Source: Nitrospirota bacterium (GTDB lineage Bacteria; Nitrospirota; UBA9217). From it: a stretch of 64,000 bases of DNA. A model generated the notes under the pieces. It ran no database searches. It worked only from the letters and a program-made list of their open reading frames with translations, and was not told the DNA's origin. This document shows positions 11,249 to 20,703 of the stretch, piece by piece. Made by a program: the position numbers and the translations under genes. The stretch lies in assembly GCA_963737155.1 (NCBI GenBank), contig CAVTRN010000002.1, positions 1,024,001 through 1,088,000 of the forward strand, written 5' to 3'. Numbering within the stretch: the stretch's first letter is position 1; each line of letters opens with the position of its first letter.

Positions 11249-11383
11249 GTTGGGAAACCAACAGATTGTTGGAGAACCAGCTTTAATACTGAGCGAAAAC
11301 TCGCATACTAAACTGTATTATTTGGTTTTATATATATAACATATTGATATTATTTAATATTTTGTTATGGCATTTTTTTTGCA
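11249..11383 (+). promoter_or_regulatory. Sigma54 promoter with IHF site and tandem palindromic upstream activator sites
   Basis: TGGCATTTTTTTTGCA (11368-11383; GG-N10-GC); TAACATATTGATA (11337-11349) matches the IHF consensus YAANNNNTTGATW; GTTGGgaaaCCAAC (11249-11262) and GTTGGagaaCCAGC (11268-11281). Confidence 0.7.
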
Positions 11384-11582
11384 CTAAGTACTAAGGTTTC
11401 AGTAAAATTGATTTATTCGGTCTCGATAATATTTTAAAACGCCAAACTAAATAGCATTAAAACATCTTAAGCTGATATTCCGAAAAAAGGAGGAGAGAAA
11501 TATTGACGTAATTTAGGCAGTTTTATTGTTGATGCGTGTATGCCGTGGTTTTTTAAAAATCTTAAGAAATGGAGGCAACATA

Positions 11583-14180
11583 ATGAAGACACAGTCATAC
11601 TCGAAGTTGTTGTTGTATGTTGTACTATGCTTCACACTGGTTGTCGGACTTGGCCTCATGTCTGGTTGTAAAGGTAGTAACGGTGCGGCTGGTGCGAATG
11701 GCGTCAATGGCACCAACGGAACGAATGGCGTCAATGGAACGAATGGCACCAATGGTGTCAATGGAACGAATGGCACCAATGGCGCGAATGGTATTGGCGC
11801 TTTGACATCTGTGCTAACTTATACCACGGTCATCAATAGCGTTGTTGTCACTTCCGATACCACAAGCGCATCCATGGTTATTAATTTTTCCGTTCAATAT
11901 ATAAACCCCGATACTGGCGCAGTGGGCGGCGAAATTGTTGGTCTCGACGCACCAGATTCAGTCACTGCGACGAATCTAGGTCACCTGCGGTTCAATATGG
12001 TAAAACTTATCCCGGGTCTGGCCACTGCGGGTACTTCCACTGATCTGGCTTCCAATGAGGAGTGGAACAGCTGGTGGGCGGTTGGCTCTTCGGAACGTAC
12101 TGCCGCCCGTTTGACCAACAATGGAAATGGATTGTACACATATACTACGGGAACCATGGCTGTTTCCGGGGCGACGCCAACGTACAATTTCTATGATCCC
12201 AAAGCGTACACCCGCGTCGTGCTGCTGGTGATGCCCAAAGACAATAGCGGCTCAGGCAATTTTGTATCGCCAGTCGCGATTGAGCTGGGTGAAGCCGCGA
12301 AATATGACTTTATCGGGAACAGCGGGACGCTGGTATCTGAAACGACGTCAACGCTTTCTCAAGATGTTGTCCCGACTGCACAATGTCTTAATTGCCATGC
12401 CACATTTGGCGATCCGAGACTTAACCCCTTGGCGTTCCATCCTGATGAAGGCCGCGTAGAGACTTATGCCTGCGTCGTATGCCATGACGAGAGCAACTTC
12501 ACCATGGATATTACGGCTGTCTCGAGCGGAGTTACTTACACATTCCCCTTCGGCGAAGGTGCGCTCGGGACCTGGATCCACAAGATTCATACCGCCCAGG
12601 TAATATCCACCTTCACTACCTTCACCTCGATAGAATATCCGCAGGACATCAGGAACTGCACAACTTGCCATAGCAATGGCGCGGACAGCGCCAACTGGAT
12701 GAACAGGCCGAGTGCAAAGGCATGTCTCTCTTGCCATAATCCGAATTATACACTTGACCCGGTCATTGCCGGTATGGCGGCTTTGACGTCTCCCTCGACA
12801 ACCCACGGTGGCGGTCAAATAGGCCCGATCGGCTCAGGCCTTACCAACGACACTGAGTGCTTTACTTGTCATGGTCCGGATGGTATCGAGCCTGTAGCGA
12901 AACACCACGAGACTGACTTCTCCACAACGCACAACCCCGTAGCGACCGAGCCGACTATTAGTTTTGCGATTAGCGCAATATCCGTGTCGCCTACGACGAG
13001 TGCTCCAACCATCACGTTTACGATTTATGCGGGCTTCCCGCCAGCAGCACTTACGCCTGTAACGCTTAACACCTCAGCCGGGTTTGTAGTGTCTGGTACC
13101 ACCTTTACCGCCACAAACCTTCCAGCCTCAGACCATCCCCAAACGCTGCAATTCTTATTTGCATACGCAGTGCCGCAGGACGGGATCGCGCAGCCGTCCG
13201 ACTGGAACAATCGTGCGGAAAGTTACACCGTCAATCTGTCTAGCTTAGCTAGCGGAACAACGGCAGGTACCCTGACCCATAACGCGGACGGCAGTTATAC
13301 CGCTGTCGTGAGCGCCTCTACGTTCTCGGTTCCTTCAAACGCAACGTTGTTGACGGGCGCATTATGCGGACTTTTTGAAGACGAGACCACCGGCGTGAAC
13401 ATTCCGGGACTGGCGTCCATGGTGACCGCGAAGGGTTACACACCACGGCGTGTCATCATCACTACTGCCAATTGTAATAAGTGCCACGAGCAGCTTGGCG
13501 ACCAAACTCTCGCTCCGTTGACCCCCACCTCAACTGCGGGATACAACATCCACGATGGAGCGTATGATACTCCTACATTAATGTGCGCGATGTGCCATAC
13601 TCCTGACCTGACCGGCAGTAACGGATGGTCCGCATCCTTCAGGGTCTGGTACCACGCCCTTCATGCGGATACCATACGGACTGTGGCGTTCGAAGGCAAC
13701 ACCGAGTTCCCAGCCATAGCGTATCCTGGCGTTCTGAGCAACTGCGAGCAGTGTCATCTGCCAGGCACCTACGACTTCAGCGCTTCTCAATACACACCCA
13801 GTCTTATCGCTAATTTCCTGATGATTACCGATGTGACGGGCACACCCGCAGCAAGCGCACTCAACGCGCCCTATTTTGTGGCGAATGGAGTGAATAATTA
13901 CGGCATCACTGCAGCTGTGACAAACGGCACAGCGACAGACGGAGCTGCCAACCTCGTGAGTTCGCCGATTACCGCAACATGCACGGCCTGCCACGATGCC
14001 AGCGACGCAATTGACCATATGGTGGAGAATGGCGGAGCGTTCTACGTGCCGCGCTCTACGGCATTTACCAATACTCTGTCCACCGTCAACCAGGGTGAGT
14101 CCTGCCTCGTTTGCCATGGTCCCGGCGCTATAGAGTCTATTCAGAGCGCTCACAACCATTTAATAATTCAAAATCAGTAG
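11583..14180 (+). CDS. MtrC/OmcA-family decaheme c-type cytochrome lipoprotein with collagen-like N-terminal repeat (copy 1)
   Basis: RBS GGAGG, lipobox LMSGC, 10 CxxCH motifs in two 5-heme blocks (CLNCH,CVVCH,CTTCH,CLSCH,CFTCH / CNKCH,CAMCH,CEQCH,CTACH,CLVCH) separated by beta-rich domains; IHKIH..YPQDIRNCTTCH and RR....ANC..CH signatures. Confidence 0.9.
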   Translation: MKTQSYSKLLLYVVLCFTLVVGLGLMSGCKGSNGAAGANGVNGTNGTNGVNGTNGTNGVNGTNGTNGANGIGALTSVLTYTTVINSVVVTSDTTSASMVINFSVQYINPDTGAVGGEIVGLDAPDSVTATNLGHLRFNMVKLIPGLATAGTSTDLASNEEWNSWWAVGSSERTAARLTNNGNGLYTYTTGTMAVSGATPTYNFYDPKAYTRVVLLVMPKDNSGSGNFVSPVAIELGEAAKYDFIGNSGTLVSETTSTLSQDVVPTAQCLNCHATFGDPRLNPLAFHPDEGRVETYACVVCHDESNFTMDITAVSSGVTYTFPFGEGALGTWIHKIHTAQVISTFTTFTSIEYPQDIRNCTTCHSNGADSANWMNRPSAKACLSCHNPNYTLDPVIAGMAALTSPSTTHGGGQIGPIGSGLTNDTECFTCHGPDGIEPVAKHHETDFSTTHNPVATEPTISFAISAISVSPTTSAPTITFTIYAGFPPAALTPVTLNTSAGFVVSGTTFTATNLPASDHPQTLQFLFAYAVPQDGIAQPSDWNNRAESYTVNLSSLASGTTAGTLTHNADGSYTAVVSASTFSVPSNATLLTGALCGLFEDETTGVNIPGLASMVTAKGYTPRRVIITTANCNKCHEQLGDQTLAPLTPTSTAGYNIHDGAYDTPTLMCAMCHTPDLTGSNGWSASFRVWYHALHADTIRTVAFEGNTEFPAIAYPGVLSNCEQCHLPGTYDFSASQYTPSLIANFLMITDVTGTPAASALNAPYFVANGVNNYGITAAVTNGTATDGAANLVSSPITATCTACHDASDAIDHMVENGGAFYVPRSTAFTNTLSTVNQGESCLVCHGPGAIESIQSAHNHLIIQNQ
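11673..11789 (+). repeat. Collagen-like G-X-Y repeat, 13 triplets (9/27-bp tandem DNA repeat)
   Basis: GSN GAA GAN GVN GTN GTN GVN GTN GTN GVN GTN GTN GAN just after the lipidated Cys. Confidence 0.9.
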
Positions 14181-14244
14181 GATGAGATCAGGAGAAACCG
14201 CTGAGAGCTTCTGTTAATCTCGGCGAATTGGATCTCAAGATTCT

Positions 14245-14275
14245 GGGCGGGCCCTTCGGGGCCCGCCTATTTTTT
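14245..14275 (+). terminator. Rho-independent terminator of decaheme copy 1
   Basis: gggcgggccc-ttcg-gggcccgcct followed by attttttc. Confidence 0.9.
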
Positions 14276-15176
14276 CACGCGGCATGAAAGGCAGACCGGA
14301 AACAAAGGTTTCCCAGTTTCTCGTGCTCGGATATCGTTACTCTGCTTTTGCTATTTTCTATTCGCTGTTACCCGCCTTATTGATGCAGACTGCCCAGGTA
14401 TTCAGTTTAATGCTGTTTGTCCCAGAAGGGATAGTTTGATCTTGCAAATATCTCCTGGGGGCATACTGGGTCCTACCCATCGTCGTCCGACCTAACATCG
14501 TATATATCTATGATGAGTTATCCTCGCTGATCGCGGTGCGCGAGCGCTCACACTGCCCCTGTGCAACAATCTTTGAGGCTGGGTGAGGGGACAGAATCTC
14601 GCAAAGTCTTCCCGGGACTTAATCGCGTCAGAAAGTCTCCCGCGCTAAAAGTCTGCTGAACGATGAAAAGCGTTTGCTGCATTACTCGGAGCGCATATTT
14701 TGTAAATTTTAACGGGCTTGGAATGTCCTTCATTTTGTCCTTGATTCATACCTTTTTTCGCACTATACTTCTTCTGATGTTTAACCATGTGGTTTCACTC
14801 TTGTTTAAAAAAGGTTTAATTTGGACAGTTTTTCATGACCAGGGAGTGGCTGTTCAACAAAGAGTATTCCAATATATTATAAAATAAACTACTATCAGTC
14901 TACCGAGTTGCAACACCGGCAAAATCGTAGACATCTGCGATTTCAGGCGATTATGGACGGCGTTTAAAGAATATCGGAAACTTTTTTCGAAAAATATCTT
15001 GTTATTTATACAAATCAACGACTAATCTCGTCCAAAATAGACGACAACATTGATATCCTGACTGTTTGGAGTTTAATTCGACGTCCTGCGCTCTTGGCGC
15101 AGGGTTATCCCGAATACTAAATAGCAATTTGACGGCCATGGTTTTTTTAATAATCTTAAGAATTGGAGGCAACATA

Positions 15177-17705
15177 ATGAAGACGCAGTCATTCCCTAAA
15201 TTGTTACTGTATGTTGTACTATGCTGCACACTGGTTGTCGTACTTGGCCTCATGGCTGGTTGTAAAGGTAGCAACGGTGCAGCTGGTGCGAGCATCAATG
15301 GTACCAACGGCACGAATGGCACGAATGGCACCAATGGCGTCAACGGCACGAATGGCACGAATGGCACCAATGGCGCGACTGGTATAAACACTTTGACATC
15401 GTTGTTAACTTATACCACGGTTATCCAGAGCGTTGTTTTTACTTCCGACACTACAAGCGCTTCCGCGGTTATTAATTTTTCCATAAATTATGTTGTGGAC
15501 GGCGTACCGACAAGCCAGGCAGTTTTGGGTCTCGACGCTCCAGATACCGCCACTCCAACAAATCTGGGCCACCTACGTATCAATATGGCAAAACTCCTTC
15601 CCGGCGTGCCTGATACTAGTATTGCCAGCACTACGCCGAATACCTGGTGGGCGGTTGGTGCTAGTGAACAGTCTGTCGCCCGTTTGACCAACGATGGGAA
15701 TGGCCTGTACACGTATACGACAGGAACCATGGCGATTTCCGGGCCATCGACGACGTATAATTACTACGATCCAACACAATACACCCGCGTCGTGCTGATG
15801 GTGATGCCCAAAGACCAGAGAGGCACAGGTGTTTCTGTTTCGCCAGTTCAGATTGAGCTGGGCGAAGCCGCGAAATATGATATAACGAACGGGTCATTGG
15901 TTTCCCAGGATGTTGTCCCAACCGCACAATGTCTTAATTGCCATGCGACATTTGGCGATCCGAGACTTAATCCCCTGGCATTCCATCCCGATGAAGGCCG
16001 TGTCGAGACCTATGCCTGCGTCGTATGCCATGACGAGAACAACTTCACCATGGATGTTACGTCTGTTGTAAGCGGAACGACCTTAACATTCCCCTTCGGC
16101 GAAGGGGCACTTGGTTCTTGGATCCACAAGATTCATACCGCTCAGATAATATCCACTTTCCAGACGTTTTCAACGATAGAATATCCGCAGGACATCAGGA
16201 ACTGCACAACTTGCCATAGCGGCGGCGCGGACAGCGCCAACTGGGAGAAGAAACCAAGTGCAAAGGCATGTCTCTCATGCCATAATACGGCGAATACGCT
16301 TTATCCGGAGATAGTAAACTTTGGCGCTTTGACGTCTCCCACGACAACCCATCTGGGCGGACAAATAGTTCCGGTCCCCTACGGCGTTAATTGTGGACCA
16401 AATGGACTTTGCGACGACAGAGGATGCAAGGACTGTCATTCGCCTGAATCGATTGCGGGGAATCATGAGACCGATTTCTCCACAACGCACAACCCCTTAG
16501 CGACGGAGCCGACCCTTAGTTTCGCGATTAGTGCAATATCCGTGTCGCCTACAACGAGTGCTCCAACCATCACGTTTACGATTTATGCGGGCTTTCCGCC
16601 AGCGGCACTTGCGCCGGTAACACTTAACATCTCAGGCGGGTTTGTTGTGTCTGGTACCACCTTTACCACCACAAACCTTCCGGCCTCAGACCATCCTCAA
16701 ACACCGCAAATCCTGTTTGCATACGCAGTGCCGCAGGACGGTATTGCGCAGCCGTCTGACTGGAACAATCGTGCGGAAAGTTACTTCGTCAATCTGAATA
16801 GTTTAACCAGCGGAACAACGTCAGGTACTTTGACCCAGAACGCGAACGGCAGTTATACCGCTGTCGTGAGCGCCGCTACGTTCTCGGTTCCTTCAAACGC
16901 CACGTTGTTAACGGCCGCCTTATGCGGAATTTACGAAGACACGTCCACCGGCGTGAACATTCCGGGACTTGCGTCCATGGTGACCGCGAAGGGTTACACA
17001 CCACGACGTGTAATCGTCGCTGCTGCCAATTGTGATAAGTGCCACGAGCAACTCGGCGCCCCAACGGTCACTTACAACATCCACGAGGGAGCGTATGACA
17101 TTCCAATGTGCGCGATGTGCCACACTCCCAACCTGACCGGCAGTAATGGATGGTCCGCGTCCTTCAGGGTCTGGTACCACGCCCTTCATGCGGATACTAT
17201 ACGGACTGTGGCGTTCGAAGGCAACACTGAGTTTCCAGCCATAGCGTATCCTGGCGTTCTGAGCAACTGCGAGCAGTGTCATCTGCCAGGCACCTATGAC
17301 TTCAGCGCTTCTCAATACACGCCCGGCCTCATCGCTAATTTCCTGATGAATACCGATGTGACGGGCACACCCGCAGCAAGCGCACTCAACGCTCCTTATT
17401 TTGTGGCGAATGGAGTGATTGGTTACGGCATCACCGCAGCCGTGACAAACGGCACAGCCACTGACGGAGCTGCTAACCTCGTGAGTTCGCCGATTACCGC
17501 AACATGCACGGCCTGCCACGATGCCAGCGATGCTATTGACCATATGGTGGAGAATGGCGGATCGTTCTACGTCGCGCGCTCTACGGCATTTACCACTACT
17601 CTGGACACTATCAACCAAGGCGAGTCCTGCCTCGTTTGCCATGGTCCCGGCGCGCTCGTGTCTATTCAGAGCGTTCACAATAATTTAGTAATTCAAAATC
17701 AGTAG
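15177..17705 (+). CDS. MtrC/OmcA-family decaheme c-type cytochrome lipoprotein with collagen-like repeat (copy 2, tandem paralog)
   Basis: Lipobox LMAGC; 10 CxxCH (CLNCH,CVVCH,CTTCH,CLSCH,CKDCH,CDKCH,CAMCH,CEQCH,CTACH,CLVCH); long stretches near-identical to copy 1. Confidence 0.9.
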   Translation: MKTQSFPKLLLYVVLCCTLVVVLGLMAGCKGSNGAAGASINGTNGTNGTNGTNGVNGTNGTNGTNGATGINTLTSLLTYTTVIQSVVFTSDTTSASAVINFSINYVVDGVPTSQAVLGLDAPDTATPTNLGHLRINMAKLLPGVPDTSIASTTPNTWWAVGASEQSVARLTNDGNGLYTYTTGTMAISGPSTTYNYYDPTQYTRVVLMVMPKDQRGTGVSVSPVQIELGEAAKYDITNGSLVSQDVVPTAQCLNCHATFGDPRLNPLAFHPDEGRVETYACVVCHDENNFTMDVTSVVSGTTLTFPFGEGALGSWIHKIHTAQIISTFQTFSTIEYPQDIRNCTTCHSGGADSANWEKKPSAKACLSCHNTANTLYPEIVNFGALTSPTTTHLGGQIVPVPYGVNCGPNGLCDDRGCKDCHSPESIAGNHETDFSTTHNPLATEPTLSFAISAISVSPTTSAPTITFTIYAGFPPAALAPVTLNISGGFVVSGTTFTTTNLPASDHPQTPQILFAYAVPQDGIAQPSDWNNRAESYFVNLNSLTSGTTSGTLTQNANGSYTAVVSAATFSVPSNATLLTAALCGIYEDTSTGVNIPGLASMVTAKGYTPRRVIVAAANCDKCHEQLGAPTVTYNIHEGAYDIPMCAMCHTPNLTGSNGWSASFRVWYHALHADTIRTVAFEGNTEFPAIAYPGVLSNCEQCHLPGTYDFSASQYTPGLIANFLMNTDVTGTPAASALNAPYFVANGVIGYGITAAVTNGTATDGAANLVSSPITATCTACHDASDAIDHMVENGGSFYVARSTAFTTTLDTINQGESCLVCHGPGALVSIQSVHNNLVIQNQ
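15267..15380 (+). repeat. Collagen-like (G-T-N)n repeat of copy 2
   Basis: GSN GAA GAS IN GTN GTN GTN GTN GVN GTN GTN GTN GAT. Confidence 0.9.
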
Positions 17706-17767
17706 GATGAGATCGGCAAAAATAGCCGGGAGCTTCTGTAAATCTTGGCGAATTGGATCTTAAAAAT

Positions 17768-17797
17768 ATGGGCGGGCCCTTCGGGGTCCGCCCATTT
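17768..17797 (+). terminator. Terminator hairpin of copy 2 with U-tract cut short by the intron insertion
   Basis: atgggcgggccc-ttcg-gggtccgcccat then only tt before gtgtg. Confidence 0.75.
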
Positions 17798-18832
17798 GTG
17801 TGCCGAGCATGTTTGAATGCTTGGAAGTGCTAGTCCTCTTTACCCAGCCTGATGGAGGCGAAATGTTATCGAGTCGTAAGGGCACCATCGTGAGTTGGGT
17901 GCTGAAGGAAGCGTAGAGCAAAACTGCGGCTTGAAGAACAGAAACCTGAGACGAAGCAAACGTGGTCGGACTAGCTGGCTGATGACTGCGAAGTCCGCAT
18001 CCATCAAAGGTGCACAGCGTCAATCTGTCAGGTGTACGGTGAAGGCGGTCGAACTACTTCGGGAGCTCTGGGTTGTTTCTTGAAAACAAAACTGAGGAAA
18101 CCATGAGGGTTCCTGATCCTGACGCAGAAGTCATCAAAGGGCAAGATAGACATGTGTAGTCGTCTTCCTCGATTGGGACAATCGCGCGAAAGGGAAGACA
18201 CGAATGGCCCGGCATGGTGTAAATGTAGCGGCAAATAGGACGCACGACTTATGGATGGTCAAGCGGCAAAAATCCAATTGGAACTGGCCGTTTACGGAGG
18301 CAGAAGGTAGGGATGAAGCCCTATAACGGCCGGAGAAGGGGCCGACCGTCTTCGGCGAAGAGCGCAACGAAACGCCCGGCGACCGAACAACTTAGGGCTG
18401 AGTGTGCGAGCGAGAGAACATAAGTAAGACGTTACGGATGGTCATACGCAATCAGAGGGCCCTTGGCATCGACGGGCACGATTGTTAAGGAGCTGCGGGA
18501 CTATCTGCTTTACCTTGACCCGTCATACGGGAGCAGCTCACAACCGGTCAGCATAAACCCGGGCACGGTTAAGCGCGTGACCACCTCTAGGCCGGATGGC
18601 GGGGAACACAAACTCGGCATATTCACCGCCCTCTACCGATTTATTCAGCAGACGATCCTGTAAGTGCTGCAACCAAAATGGGACAGCACGTTTAGTGACC
18701 AAAGCTGTGTGTTCCATCCCGGACGCTCGGCGTATCGGGCCGTAGACAAGGCGCAAGATAATATTGGCCAAGGCCAGGAATGGACTTGGGAGAAGTTTTT
18801 TTGGCCGAGTCAACCGCGATATGCTGATGAGG
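17798..18832 (+). mobile_element. Truncated, degenerate group II intron (class C-like)
   Basis: 5' GTGTGCCG directly after a terminator hairpin; D1-like cccagcctgatggaggcgaa...ctgaaggaagc...aacagaaacc; followed by a decayed RT; no D5/D6 seen. Confidence 0.8.
18251..18832 (+). pseudogene. ltrA: Group II intron reverse transcriptase/maturase pseudogene (N-terminal RT0-RT3 only)
   Basis: Fragments LGIDG..VKELRDYL, KRVTTSRPDGGEHKLGIFTALYRFIQQTIL*VLQPKWDSTFSDQSCVFHPGRSAYRAV, EKFFGRVNRD with stops and frameshifts. Confidence 0.85.
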
Positions 18833-18903
18833 GCTATAATACATAAAATTATTTAAATTGTTTACAAGATAATCTGCTGCGTACCATCGACATGCTTTTT
18901 CCC

Positions 18904-18932
18904 TTGATTTGTAATAGGATTTTCTGTATAGT
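18904..18932 (+). promoter_or_regulatory. Candidate sigma70 promoter for the porin-cytochrome operon
   Basis: TTGATT-N17-TATAGT. Confidence 0.4.
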
Positions 18933-19400
18933 AAAGCCGTTTTTTATAACCGTCTTCAATATCTCAAGCGGTAGGAATAGTCCTCACTCCTTAGCCTACG
19001 CCCGGAGGAATAGCAAAGACTGCACCCTTGTATTTATTGTGCTTACATAACAAGAAAGTATTATTATACGAGGCATCGTAATCAGGCTGTAGAGTGCCGC
19101 ATCCAGTTATAAAAATTTTGATTGCCAGTTTACTCACATCATAAAAGGTGATGTGCAACCTGCGTCGTATAAGAAAACTTTTGATTGATATTGCCCGGTG
19201 AGGCAAATAACCACTCAGGGGTTGCAGGTGACACCGCCTCCATGGGGCATACTCAAGCTTCCGACTACGAACTTCATGACTCATCATATGAACGTACGCG
19301 ACAAATGCGGTTGTACGATAAACAGGGTTGGTTGGCGATTGCTCCACAAAAGCAGTACGCAAGCTTTTTGTCCAGCAGTTTTTTGAAGGGAGGATACAAT

Positions 19401-20702
19401 TTGAGAAGTGATGGCATGCCGCAAAAAATGAAAAGCGGTCAACCGGCGCTGCGAACGACGTCTGCAGTAGTTCTCATTCTACTTCTTTCGCTGTGCAGCA
19501 CGTCGGGTGTTTCCATGGCAGCAAGCCTGTCCGGTGATTCCAGCACTTATTTTGAATCCAGGCAGCAAGAAGACGGTTCGCATGTTTTTGCAGGATATGA
19601 ATACCTCGATTTTGCCGTACAAGACATCGGCGCTGATACGGTTTCATTCCATACCGGCGGCTGGCTGCGTCAAGATTTCCAGACCGAAGAGTATGACACG
19701 AGATCGAACAGCGATCTTCAGTTTTCTTACCTGAGTTTCAAAAGTAAAACCGACAACACAGTAGTCAATCTTGGTCGCGTGATGGTTTTCGAGGGGGTGG
19801 CTGCAGAGAGGGTTGATGGTATTTATGCGCGAACTGATTTAGCGGCTGGTTTTGGGATGTCAGCGTTCGGCGGCATCCCGGTAGAGACCAACATAAATAT
19901 TTCCGGCAACAATGTGATTTATGGCGCGCGGCTTTTTAACCAGATGGGCAACATATACAATATAGGAATTTCAGCGCTCGAAGAGGAAAAAGACAGCCAA
20001 TCCTACCGGAAAGAAGCAGGCATCGATCTGTCGGTGCATCCGATTGATAAAGTGGATATAACTGGCAGGTCCAGTTATAACGATATCACTGACGGTTGGA
20101 TGGAAAATACCTATGTGCTATCGCTGGGGCCTTTCGCAAATATGAGGTTTGATACCACGGCATCGTGGATTAACTATGACGATTACTTCTTCCGTGTTAC
20201 TACAAGTGCTCTTTCTACAACATTGGGATTGCTCCCCCAAGGCGAAAAAGTGCGTAAGTTGGGAGAAGCGGCATCGTATCAGGTAACAGACAACGTGAGT
20301 ATCATTGCCGATTATAAAAATTTCGATTATCTCATCGAAGGCGATGCCAACTACTATGGGGCGATGGTCAAGTATTCCGTATCCGGCTCCGGCGGCGCGG
20401 GACTCGGGTATCACAGTATGAATGGAGACACGGACAGACTACGGTACAACGAGTATCGAGTCTACGGTTTTAAAAAGCTCGGCAAGGTAAATTTAACTGC
20501 AGACGTACTCGATTTGGTCTATGAAAGCCCCATCAATGGAGTAAAAGATTCCTTTTCCGGGACGCTTGCGGCCGAGTACGATCTCACGGACGCATGGAAA
20601 CTTGGCGCCGACGTTGAATATTCCCACAACCCCGATTTCAACAGAGATATCCAAACCTTTGTCAAGCTTATCTATCATTTCGGCGCCAAAGGAGGGGCTT
20701 AA
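19401..20702 (+). CDS. Outer-membrane beta-barrel porin of a porin-cytochrome conduit (ExtB/ExtE-like)
   Basis: TTG start with GGAGG RBS, signal peptide, alternating amphipathic beta-strands, C-terminal LIYHF; translationally coupled to multiheme cytochromes. Confidence 0.8.
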   Translation: MRSDGMPQKMKSGQPALRTTSAVVLILLLSLCSTSGVSMAASLSGDSSTYFESRQQEDGSHVFAGYEYLDFAVQDIGADTVSFHTGGWLRQDFQTEEYDTRSNSDLQFSYLSFKSKTDNTVVNLGRVMVFEGVAAERVDGIYARTDLAAGFGMSAFGGIPVETNINISGNNVIYGARLFNQMGNIYNIGISALEEEKDSQSYRKEAGIDLSVHPIDKVDITGRSSYNDITDGWMENTYVLSLGPFANMRFDTTASWINYDDYFFRVTTSALSTTLGLLPQGEKVRKLGEAASYQVTDNVSIIADYKNFDYLIEGDANYYGAMVKYSVSGSGGAGLGYHSMNGDTDRLRYNEYRVYGFKKLGKVNLTADVLDLVYESPINGVKDSFSGTLAAEYDLTDAWKLGADVEYSHNPDFNRDIQTFVKLIYHFGAKGGA

Positions 20703-20703
20703 G

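Noticed and set aside
11673-11789. Tandem repeats as a possible CRISPR array
   Set aside because: In-frame 9/27-bp coding repeats without unique spacers; no cas genes in the window
15080-15115. Hairpin cctgcgc-tcttg-gcgcagg followed by gttatcccga as a c-di-GMP/cGAMP (GEMM) riboswitch
   Set aside because: The conserved GGCAAA/GAAA-tetraloop P2 elements are not present
11583-18832. Diversity-generating retroelement (RT next to duplicated genes)
   Set aside because: The RT is a broken group II IEP lacking the catalytic region; paralog differences are not adenine-specific and no TR/VR pair was seen
19185-19400. N-terminal 72 aa of the 505-aa porin ORF
   Set aside because: The RBS and signal peptide point to TTG 19401; the upstream part looks non-coding
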